64,000 nucleotides of DNA, taken from the NCBI GenBank assembly GCA_964016885.1, contig OZ024741.1, forward strand, positions 203,174,001 to 203,238,000, in the 5' to 3' direction. Both the position numbers and the translations under genes were made by a program. This document shows, one piece after another, positions 13,572 to 24,415 of this stretch. This DNA is from Eledone cirrhosa (Eukaryota). Positions within the stretch are counted from its first letter, which is position 1. Each line of letters opens with the position of its first letter. The notes beneath the pieces are model-generated. The model saw only the letters and a list, made by a program, of their open reading frames with translations. It did not search any database and had not been told where the DNA came from.

Positions 13572-15039
13572 TTACTACTAGCAGCAACAACAACAACAAC
13601 AAATAATCATACAGCATCAGTAGTAGCACTAAGACCAACAATGATGCTAACATGAACGACAATGTAAAAAATAATACCCAGACAAGATAATTCGGAAGCA
13701 ATTTTTTTAGTCTTCATATATTTATCTAATCCAATAAGTCCTTATCTACTGCCTCCCAGCGATGCGATAACCTTGTCTCTTAGAATTAAAATTTCGCGTG
13801 CTTTAATTGTATTTCATAGAAAATGAGCAATGAACATACATCAGCCTGTTGCAGTTTGCTGAGGCACCTGGATCCAGCGGAAATATAAGTTTAAGATAAA
13901 CAGTAATGGTTATGAATATAAGAGTTAAAGGAAATATGAAACACCTCTATCAGGCTTGTGTATGAATACAACTGACGCTTTTCTGTCTCGGTTTAAAAGC
14001 AGACACTTCCTAAACACAAACATGTTTGTTATAGCGGCGAATTGTCTGAGTTGTTTGAGAGTCGGATTGAATGTCTCGCTATTTCTTCCGGATCTCTGCG
14101 TTTTGAGTTCAATTTTCGCCGATATTCAGCTGTGCTTTTCATCGTTTCGTGTCAATAAATAAAATACTGGTCCAAGATTGTCGGAATTTTTAAGGAGCCG
14201 GACAATTTACTCTGCGATATCTGATCTGGCTATGTGCGTTCTGAGTTCAAAACCAATCTCCTTCTGCCAGCATTTTTGATCGGCGGATAGTTTCAACAAT
14301 GAAAAATCAATGGAAGCATAGTTTCTTTGGTCTCATCTGACGATCAGTTCCTTTCATTTAAATATATATATTCAAGGTATGTTGGACCAGCAGATAGTAT
14401 CGGCAATTGGAAAACTAATGAAAGCTGTTGTTTTTATTCGACCTGGCGATCGGCTCCCACGTTTTAGTATTAGAATTTATTTCTTTTAGAAACTCCATAT
14501 CAATATATTGACCGTATATTGATCTAGTCTAGTCATAATCTGGATTAAAGTTATTCATGATATATAAAACTTAAATGATCAGGAAAAACAATTGTGTTAA
14601 ATGGTCTATTAGCAAATTATTTGGCCAATGTCTTTCCTAAGAATTATATCTTATTAACTTCAAAGAGAAGCACAATGTCACAACAAAATTGTCCTGTACA
14701 AAATTAGAACTTATTTTGAAGCTACAAGAAATGTTTCATACAAATAATTCTTACACTTGAAATTCTCAGTATGTCTTAGAATGTATTTCCCTCTTTGGGT
14801 CTTCAAGTTTTCATCGATGTTGACAAAAGACCAGCCGGAGAACATGGCTGTCGATTTAATGCTCCTGGGTGTAATAAGGTGGCAGTTATAGTTGGAGAAC
14901 ATCATGGCGAAGAAGACCTTATTTTGAAGTTTCATGACAGAAGTATCTAATTCAAAAATAACACTCATTGTCCTCACGATGCTTTACAATATTTCTTCCT
15001 TTTGGTCAACGGAAAAGTTGGCTATCATGTTATATGGCA

Positions 15040-15215
15040 TGACAACTTTGGCCTGCCACAAATTGGTGGGGTCACTTTGGTATGCCGAGCATTCGTGGGA
15101 CAAAATGGGTATACCACATGTTGGTGGAAGCCACTTTGGTATACCACAAATTGGTAGTGGGATAAGTTCGGTATACCACAGGTTGGTGGTGGGACAACTT
15201 TGGTATGCCACAAGG
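15040..15215. repeat. Diverged tandem repeat, about 31-bp unit (actttggtataccacaaattggtggtggga)
   Basis: Five to six visible units. Confidence 0.7.
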
Positions 15216-16203
15216 TGGGTGGGGGGGGGGGGGGGGAGGACAGAGCTCGAACAGTCGTCTAGCCAGTATTATATAAATTCGGCGTTATGCATATGAAGCA
15301 ACATAGTATTTCATGACTTATGCGAGCAATTATGGACGCCATGATCTTTTTATCCCTTTTATTTGCAATGCGAAAAAAGAAAGAAATCCAAGTACAGCTT
15401 CTTCAGAATAATTTTATACCGACACCATTACCCATTTTAAAGAGTTTTTCATATCAAAGTTTCTAAAGTGATGTACTTTATAACGAATTCATACATATTT
15501 CAACCAATACGTTGCTACATGCACACAGTTAAATGGCAAAAAGTACCTTCTTTACTGCACCAAACAACATCAGAATGGGTTTGTAATAGTTCTGTTTTCT
15601 GTCTAACATCCAAATGATGATTCCAAGTATTTATTAACCCTACCTCTTACTCTGACCGAAACATTTATAAATGCTTACCTGGTTTGTTTAGTAATCGTAC
15701 AGTTGTTTAGTAATCGTACAGTTGTTAGATTTAGAAGTTGCTTTCAATATATAATGAACAGTTTATATTCTGTAAGATATTTCCCTACTAATGCTAGTAA
15801 CGATAATATATTTTACTTTATTACTCTCTGCAACGACTTCCACAGCAATAACACTTTCCTCTTTTAACAATTATTACTTGTTTTCTTTATACCATAAGGC
15901 GTTTCTATAAAACCAGTATTTTAATGATTGCACCAACTTCAATTTAGACAAGTGACATCTTTTATTTTTATTGCTTACTCACAAACGCTATGAAAATAAA
16001 GATGTCGTCATTTGTGTCACATCAAACGGTGAAATCAACAACCATTTTCTTCTTTTCTTAATTTGTAAATTGAAATTTTCGGAGTTACATCAAGTAATTA
16101 CACCGTGGAAGGCTCATTTTATTCATACAATAAAAACAAAAAAGCAAAAAAAAAAAACAATAAAAAGTACTAACTTTATTTTTTTAAAATAATTTATTTC
16201 TTG

Positions 16204-16248
16204 GTGACAAACGTTTCGTCGCACTGTCTGCGACGTGGTCACTGACAC
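16204..16248 (-). ncRNA. Minimal type I hammerhead-like motif with G3:C8 core
   Basis: Reverse complement: gtgtca GTGACCA c gtcgca-gacag-tgcgac GAAA CG TT tgtcac. Confidence 0.5.
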
Positions 16249-16499
16249 AGTTCCACTGCAACTGAACAGTTTCCGTGTGTTTTCGATGGCTAAAATTACT
16301 CTACATGCGATGTAATTGTATTAGATCAATTCATTTGCTAGACATTTACAATTGTGGCTAAAATGACTCATCCTCGATGTAATTGCTAAATGGAATTCAT
16401 TGTTACACGTTGATACCTTAGTGTTCCAGTCCGTGCTTGTGGTTTATATAAAGACAAACAAACACACACACAGAATGGAGCGGGAACATCACTGATATA

Positions 16500-16890
16500 T
16501 CGACGTAAATCCTTGCACAGACCGCAGAGACGGCAAGCGCTTCGATGGAATCACCCTCTTCCCATTCAAAGGAGGTAGATCCTTCTTCTGAGACGCCACA
16601 TATTGTGACATGTTCTCTGCCTCTAACTTCGGCCACAAACCCCGGTATCGTGGCCCACCTTGCAGAAGAAAGGAAAATAAACAAATACTAGGTATTTGGC
16701 CGCTTCCTCTTCGCACCGGTCACTGTCGAGACCTCAGGCATACTTGGACCCCGTACTGTCGAGCTCCTCCACAAGATCGGAACGTCAACAGCCCGTCTTA
16801 GGTGGGAGCTCTGCGTTGTGGGGGAGGCTGTGGCAGCGGTTGTCGCTGGCCATTTTCTGTAGGAATGCTTTTGCGGTCTTGTCTGCGAAG
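16500..16890 (+). pseudogene. CRE-like non-LTR retrotransposon, RLE endonuclease fragment
   Basis: DGKRFDGITLFPFKGG..DAT and LWQRLSLAIFCRNAFAVL. Homologous to 60550-61047. Confidence 0.7.
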
Positions 16891-17329
16891 GGAAGCCCCA
16901 TTCCCTTCCTTTTCCTTTTTTTTTTTATATGCAGCTTATATGTAAAACGAGTAAAAATGCGCTGCCAGATACATATAAGAAGTAAGTGTTTAATGAATAT
17001 TGACTCTTTAGAATTCAAAGGTTACGGACCTACCAGCTTTTTACGTTTGTATATCTGTAATGTATTTCCTGTTCAAGAATAAATGTTATATGCATATATA
17101 ATAGTTTATCGTTTCTGTTTTGCATTTGAAAGTAGAGTACCAACCCTGAAATATTATGTTGAAATATACTGGGTAAAAAACATTACTTTGTTTTGTTTAG
17201 GTTTGTCACCTTTTGCCCTTTATATATTTCTACCCACTCTACCGTCTTACTGACATCTTTACCAATGAATTATTATATACCTCACAATGCTTCATATTAA
17301 CTATACTACTTTATTATATAATATGTATG

Positions 17330-19684
17330 TTCTTCTGGTTTTGTAATTTCACAAATTTTTTTTTTTCCAATAGAAAGAGAGTCGGTTTCTAACATAGACA
17401 CAAGACTCTCTCATTGGAATTTACACGTCAACTAGGTAGATTATGTATGCATGCATATGTAGATATGGATGTTATTGTATGTGTGGATGTGTATGTTTTC
17501 AGTTGTATGTGTGCATGTGTGTATGCTTTGTATCTGTACATGTGTATATGCAGTTATTAGATGCAAAATATTTGGAATGTTTTACATATTTTTACTGTTC
17601 CATTAATGGATTGTACTTGTAATTTCCTAACTAGTTGTGTTCTTTCTGTTCCCGTTAAGCCTAGCTTCTCAAGATTTGTATTGAGGCAGTTACTAACATA
17701 CCCCAGTGCCCCAATAATCACAGGCATAAATCTGAAGGTGTAATCAGCGTGGAGTATCTGCAGATTTCTCATCAGTTCTGCATAAATATTTTCTTTTTCG
17801 CTAATGTTTGATATTATATTGGCATCTGCTGGGCAGCTAATTTCCACTACTGTGCATGTTTTCTTCTCCCTGTCCCATATCATAATATCTGGTCTGTTAT
17901 GCCTGCATTTTATTGGGGTTTTTACTGGAACATTCCACCAGTGCTCTTTCATATTATGTACATGGATGTCTTCCACATTGCTGTAGATTTTAATGTGTTT
18001 ATTATCGGGGCTATCTTTTTTACGAACTGCATTGTACAGTATTTTGGCCACTACATCATGCCTCATAGGTTGATAGTACCGCGATGACATTTTGGACAGC
18101 TGCTGATGACATGGGTGATATCCTCGATGCTAGTTCTGCAGAGTCTGCACTTGTTATCACATCTAGGTGTTTTGCCTGCATCCCAATCTCTTTTGTGAAT
18201 CAGGTAGTTCGTGTTAATCTCCTGTTCTTGGATTGCAAAAGCATATCCTTCAAAGTGGGAGCCAATATAGCGGTTGTTGGTCCAAGATAGACTACTTTCC
18301 TTATCTATATTACTCTCACTCTGGAGCTTCCTGGCAACATATCCATGCATGATTTTTTGCTGATAAGTATGCAGTTTTTCATCCATGGATTCACTGCGAT
18401 ACTGCTGAGCGACTTCCCTGAGTGTGAGTTTTTGATTATCACACAGGGAATATCTCTGGAAGAGTTCCTTCCCAACTCTCATGATCTTATCTGTTTCATG
18501 CAGATAGACTTGCTCGAGAAACGGGCTCCTACGCTTCGAGGTTCGTAGATGTTGTCGGAGAGATATGATGCGACATTCAAATGTTGTCTGGACTGATGTT
18601 AGGCTTCTACCTCCCTGCTTACGTTTCAAGTAAAGGCGGTCTATGTCACTGTTGATGTGGAAGTTTCCGGTGTTGTTTAATATTTTTCGAGTTACAACAG
18701 CAACTGCTCGGATTTCGTCTATCGTCCAATTGAGTATTCCAAACGTTGGTGTTAGGACAGGCACAGCAAACACATTGTGAGCCACTGTTTTGTTTTGCGC
18801 AGAGAGTTCCGATGACCAGATCTTTCTTAATCGGGTATAGTATTCCCTGGTTACGCGTTCCTTATTACATATACCATTATAGGATATGTTCTCATCTATC
18901 CCCAGGTATGTGTTGCAGTCCTTATCAGATATCGGTGAAACAGTTAGGCCATTGATGACAATGTTGCTAGATTGGGTTGTTGTTTCCCCTCGCTTTACAG
19001 TCATATATGAGCATTTATCTTGGCCAAACTCCATTCCTATTTCCTTTGAGAACGTTGTAACCAGATCAAGATTTTTCTTCATCCCATCCATGTTCTTGGC
19101 ATAGAGTTTCAGATCGTCCACAAAGAAATTATGGGTTAGGTTCGTATTTCGGTCCTCCTGTGAGCCAATGATGTATCCCTCATATTTCTTGAGCAGAAAG
19201 GACAAGGGCTTTAATGATAAGATGAATAATATCACAGAGCGACTGTCCCCCTTAAATATACCCCTGCGATATTTTATTTTATCAGTGAAAATAGAGTCCC
19301 CCCTCTCTGTCTTTAACCTTAGGATAGGATAGTAGCCCAACAAGAAGACAGCCTCTCTCTGGCTCTGACAATAATGTCTGGGACTTTAGCAAGTTAGAGG
19401 GCCTCTATCATCCAAGAGTGGGGAACAGAATCGAAAGCTTTCCTGTAGTCCAGCCAGACTGTAGCCATATACCTCCTAAGTTGTCGCACCTCCGACATCG
19501 CAGTTTTGTTGATTAGGAGTTGTTCAGCACATCCTCAAACTCCTTTCTTTCCAGCTGCTTGTTCATCTGTGATGATGTTATTATTTTCACAGTGATCTTG
19601 GAGGAATAGGTTCAGGCAGGCTGTATACATCTTATACATCAGGTTCTGGCATGCAATGGGTCGGTAGTTTTTTGCCAAGTGGGT
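17330..19684 (-). mobile_element. 5'-truncated R4/Dong-like RLE non-LTR retrotransposon (RT, CCHC, PD-(D/E)xK endonuclease)
   Basis: Motifs NYRPIACQN, RGIFKGD, FFVDDLK, CRLC...HVISSC, RHD and RPDIMIWD..VEISCP...EKENIY. ORFs 18063-19343 and 17557-18090 are joined by a frameshift. Confidence 0.9.
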
Positions 19685-20039
19685 GTATGTATGTATGCAT
19701 GTATGTATGTATGTATGTATGTATTATGTATGCATGTATATGTGTGTGTGTATGTATGTGTGTGTGTGTATGTCTGTGTGTGTGTGTATGTTTTTATATA
19801 TACACGCATACACAGATACATCAAATACATATATAGTGTATCATATATATATTATATATTATACACGTTTATTATATAATTGATATAAAGGTGGTAGATA
19901 ACGTAAGGTCGTTAGCCGTATTTGTTTCAGTTTTTTACTTTCTAAGTTCAAAATCCCGCCGAATTCATCTTTAACTTTAATCCTTCTGGGGTCCATAAAA
20001 TAAAGTACCAGTAAAAGTACTGCTAGCCTCTTGTTTAAA

Positions 20040-20236
20040 TTAGAAATCATATTACTTCGATTACCTTCTGTTGCTAGTCTGAGATTTGCGAGTAGTCGGT
20101 GATCACGCAGTTACGTAATATAAAATTATATATATATATATATATATATAATTTTATATTACGTAACTGCGTGATCACCGACTACTCGCAAATCTCAGAC
20201 TAGCAACAGAAGGTAATCGAAGTAATATGATTTCTA
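20040..20236. repeat. Perfect palindrome centred on (TA)n
   Basis: About 85 bp of unique arm is exactly reverse-complemented around a TA run. Confidence 0.9.
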
Positions 20237-20455
20237 GTTTATATATATATATACATGTATCCTTAATTGCTCGCATGCTCACGTAAACACGCACATGAAT
20301 ATTGGTGAATACACAGCCGCATTATCACCCCAACAATTACACCCAAATACACACATTCGCCCGCTCACAAAAAAAAAAAATAGTGCCGATGCCTATATAT
20401 ATATATACCTTCTCGGGCCGCATACAATAACAAAAATATATCGTTTGTTGCATCA

Positions 20456-20545
20456 CCAGTCTGAAGAGTAGATCGATATTGGAATCGGGTCCATAACACC
20501 TATGGGTTACCTTGAGCCAATCATCTGCGAAACGCACATAACAGG
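20456..20545 (+). ncRNA. Decayed type I hammerhead with long stem II
   Basis: ccagt CTGAAGA gtagat...atctgc GAAA cgcaca TA acagg. Stems I and III carry mismatches. Confidence 0.4.
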
Positions 20546-20597
20546 TCGATACGCAATAAATATTTTTCATATGTAAACAAAAACCCTCATCGCTTTC

Positions 20598-20682
<85 letters not shown>

Positions 20683-20734
20683 TATATATATATATATATA
20701 TATACAGTGTATTGCAAAATACATTATATATACA

Positions 20735-20768
<34 letters not shown>

Positions 20769-20863
20769 TGTATATATAATGTATTTTGCAATACACTGTA
20801 TGCTTAATTAAAAGCATTTTGAAGACCATACGCTACTTAAATTTTCGGCACACAAGGGGAGAT

Positions 20864-20908
20864 AAGTTGACAGCGCTGTTTCGTACTATTTGGTACTTAT
20901 CAAAACTC
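20864..20908 (-). ncRNA. Type I hammerhead, U3:A8 core
   Basis: Reverse complement: gagtt TTGATAA gtac-caaata-gtac GAAAC agcgct GTC aactt. Confidence 0.7.
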
Positions 20909-21095
20909 ACTACTCTCCCCGTCCGCCGAAAATTATGTGTGTTGGATTCTTATAGAATTCTAGTAACAATCAGGAACCGATTTTACAGAGCGGTCGCCGG
21001 CCCAGCAAAAATTGAAAATTAGAATTGGTGCTCTGAAAGAGCGATATATATATATATGAATGTATATATAGTGTATTTTGCACGAGGAGAGTAGT

Positions 21096-21140
21096 GAATT
21101 TTGATAAGTACCAAATAGTACGAAACAGCGCTGTCAACTT
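21096..21140 (+). ncRNA. Type I hammerhead, U3:A8 core (inverted sister copy)
   Basis: gaatt TTGATAA gtac-caaata-gtac GAAAC agcgct GTC aactt. Confidence 0.65.
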
Positions 21141-22402
21141 ATCTCCCCCTGTCTGCCGAAAATTTAATGTCGCTACTTTAAAACAATAGCGTATGGTCTT
21201 CAAAATGCTTTTAATTAAGCATACAGTGTATTGCAAAATACACTATATATACATTCATATATACATTGCTATTTGAGAGCACCAATTCTAAGTTATATAT
21301 ATATATAACATTTTTTGCTTTGTGTTTTGTCTAAAACATCCCCCTAGACAATTCCCGAACTATTTCTGGTAACCCTAAAAAATAGGCGACGTTTCTATAT
21401 TAGGATGGAAACTAAAACGAAATAAGTTTAGTGTTGCAATTTAATTGAATAATTTCTTAATCCCATTAATGATGACTAATTACTGGTCGTAGACGCCTAC
21501 ATACATGACATAGGTGAATTAGCGGATAACGTACAAGACACTTGCCTAACTTGCAACTTATTAGAACCGAACCAGAAACTGCATGGTTGTGAAGCGAACA
21601 TCTTAACTACCACCCCATGACTGCCTTTATAACAATGTTATGACACTTTATTATATATAGAAATCATGTGTTTGTATTTAACAAACTTGTATTTAGTCAT
21701 TGCTGTGAGGATACTGTAGATCCTTCGTTGGATTCGCTGATTAGCATTCAGCCATTCGATCATTCAAAAACCGGACTTCTGAATAAACCTGTAAATAATT
21801 GAGCTTCCACAGACACGTGTGCCCTTAACCAAATTGCCAAGTAGAATCAGCATGATATAATATATGACAAAGTGAGACCTTGGAATTGCAGAAAATGTCC
21901 ATCTTTTCTAATGTAAATGGTTGTATATTCCATTGATACATAAAATACTTCTCAGCGCGATTCAATATGGCACAATGTGTGACAAGGCTGGCTCTTTGAA
22001 TTATAGGCCTAATACATCCGATGGGCTTTTACACAGTTTCAATATATCTCATGTCACTCACAAGGCTTGGGTAGACGTGAAGCTATGGTAAGTACACTAG
22101 CACAATATGCCAGGTTCTGGAATCGAACCCCCGATTTCATGTATGCGACGCAAACGTCTTAATCACTCAGCCTTGCTCACATCCTCTGCGAAAAGCTAAT
22201 CTGCGAATAAGGAATTTGCTAAGGTAACGGTGAGTGAGGAACCACTCGACTAGTTTAAGATTCACCAAAGATTGCTCAACCCCACTATCTGTATATAGTA
22301 AGTTTTCATTTCCCCAAAAGATCTAAGACAAATCGTGATATTAGTCACAGAATAAAAAAATGCACTCACATACACAGACACGCGCTTACATACATACGAA
22401 TA

Positions 22403-22604
22403 CCCTGCAGATACTCCACACTGACTATAGCGTTAGATTTGTACTTGTGATCATTGAGGTAGTTGGATATGTTATTAACTGCCCTCAGCTGAGCTTCACA
22501 AAACCAGAAAGAGCTCAGCTAATTAGGAAATTACAGCTACAATCCATTAAAAGAACTGTAAAATTATTTAAAATGTTCCAGGCTTTTAGCATGTAATAAC
22601 TGCA
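22403..22604 (+). mobile_element. Old 3' fragment of the R4/Dong-like element
   Basis: LQILHTDYSVRF...RKLQLQSIKRTVKLFK matches the C-terminus of ORF 17557-18090. Confidence 0.75.
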
Positions 22605-22678
22605 TCAGATAAAATACAAAGCTTGTTTTATAAGGTATGATTTTCATGGGTATGTCTCTATTTATAAAACAAACTTTG

Positions 22679-22743
22679 TATTTTATCTGATGAAAGCGTA
22701 CCAATGTTGTCTTGGTTGCCCTTGAAATATATATAATAAAATA
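22679..22743 (+). ncRNA. Type I hammerhead
   Basis: tattttat CTGATGA aag..accaa-loop-ttggt..ctt GAAA tatata TA ataaaata. Stem I is 8 bp and stem III is palindromic. An inverted copy of its own 5' flank lies upstream (22603-22633). Confidence 0.65.
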
Positions 22744-22814
22744 AATATGGTATTATAAATATAGTTTCCATTTATTTAATATCATTGTGTGTGTATATAT
22801 ATATATATATATAT

Positions 22815-23080
22815 GAAAAAAGTTTGTCCTTCATCAGTGATCTTCCAATCATCATAGGCATTTCATCGCTTTAAAGACCATATACCTCCGGTTGGTGCGA
22901 GCAACGGCTGAAAAAAATCGTTGGGACACCATTTGTTTGTTTACCCTCGCGTCCCCTTTATTTACGTGTCCCAACGACCTTTTTTAGCCGTTGCTCGCAC
23001 CAACCGGAGGTATATGGTCTTTAAAGCGATGAAATGCCTATAATGGTTGGAAGATCACTGATGAAGGACAAACTTTTTTC
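22815..23080. repeat. Fold-back inverted repeat, about 114-bp arms, next to (TA)n
   Basis: 22815-22929 is the reverse complement of 22966-23080 with few mismatches. Confidence 0.9.
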
Positions 23081-23136
23081 AAATGTAACCCATTTGCAAC
23101 CCCGCAGCGCCCTTATTATCATATATATATATATAC

Positions 23137-23175
<39 letters not shown>

Positions 23176-23746
23176 GCGGCGATGAATTAGTTTTGCGAGG
23201 TTTTTTATATGAAATCGTGTGTCGAAACAGATATTGTTATATTTGGGGAGGGTCATATTTGCGTAATATTGCCAGAATTAATAACAGAACACACTCACTG
23301 TTTGGTTGGTTTTCGCTTCTCGCTGTCTTTTATATGTATATATCTGCGATCTAACTTATTCGGTCCTCAATGTTGCCATTGACTGACCGGCGGTCAAAAA
23401 TAATACAGATACAATATAGACAAACACATATATATATAGTTTACATAAATCTTTCGTTGCACATCTGCAACATCGTCAGTGGTGTTATATTCATTGTTCC
23501 TCCTGTTGTGTTGTATGTCTACGCCATTTTTTTGTTCAGTCTGTCTATATATTTATTTATTTATTTGTTTGTTTATCTTATTTTATTTTGTCTTCTTTGC
23601 GCATGCGTTTGCGTGTGTGTATAGTGTTATGTGTGATGTGTGACTAGTGTGTATAGTGTTGTGTCTGCTGGGTGACTAGTGTGTGTTTATGTGCTTGTGT
23701 ATGTATTTATTTATCTTATTTTATTTAATTTAATTTACTTATTTAT

Positions 23747-24415
23747 TTATACTTCTCTTAGGTCAGTGTTGTTTGTTTGGGTGTTGTTGTTGTTCCACTC
23801 ATTCTTTCTGTTTAGCTTTGGTCTTCTAATTTCTATTTCACTGGCCTCTCTGATTTGCCTATCTGCTGGGTCATTCCTATGTTTAGATATTATTCTAATT
23901 TCTATGTTGTCTATGTTACCGTCATGATGTTGTCTAGCATGTTCGTATAGTACTGACCCGTTTTTTCGTCCTTTTAGTTCCCCCCAGTGTTGGTCTATCC
24001 TTTCACCTATGCTACGAGCTGTCTCACCTATGTATGTTGTTGTCGTGTTTCTGCAAGTACCCTCTGTACATCTTATGCTATAGACTACGTTTCTAGTTTT
24101 ACAGTTTATCCGGGGGTTCACCTTACATATGATACATTTCCTATTGGTACAGTGGGTTTTCTTAAAAGGGTAGGTTTTGCTGATCAGGGATTTTATGGTG
24201 GTTCCTGGCTTTTCTACCACCTTTATTTTTAAGTGGGTCTTTCTCAGGGCCTTTCTACACTGGTTAGCTAATTTCCCTCCAGGGGTGGCGTCCACAAACA
24301 TGACACTCTGATATCTCTGGTTGTCGTACCATGATGTGGCCTTCCCTATCTTATGTCTAGCCCTATCTAAGCTATTCCATGATTTGCTCCTGTATAGTGG
24401 GCAAATTCCTTTCAT
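23747..24415 (-). CDS. Inverted duplicate of the PLE GIY-YIG region
   Basis: 222 aa identical to the C-terminus of 24379-25557. Confidence 0.8.
   Translation of the reverse strand: MKGICPLYRSKSWNSLDRARHKIGKATSWYDNQRYQSVMFVDATPGGKLANQCRKALRKTHLKIKVVEKPGTTIKSLISKTYPFKKTHCTNRKCIICKVNPRINCKTRNVVYSIRCTEGTCRNTTTTYIGETARSIGERIDQHWGELKGRKNGSVLYEHARQHHDGNIDNIEIRIISKHRNDPADRQIREASEIEIRRPKLNRKNEWNNNNTQTNNTDLREV

Larger units (their letters stand above)
20702..21291. mobile_element. Retrozyme-like or PLE-derived non-coding element: about 292-nt terminally redundant unit (-) plus an inverted partial copy (+)
   Basis: Direct repeat atgaatgtatatata.tgtattttgc ends at 20789 and 21081. Segment 21084-21262 is the reverse complement of about 20762-20918. 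One HHR per arm. Confidence 0.7.

Noticed and set aside
14711-15020. Possible exon or hAT transposase C-terminus
   Set aside because: No motif is convincing by eye and no splice support is visible; a translated search is needed.
23058-23080. CTGATGA as an HHR core, including a type II topology
   Set aside because: No properly placed GAAA or NUH closes the fold.
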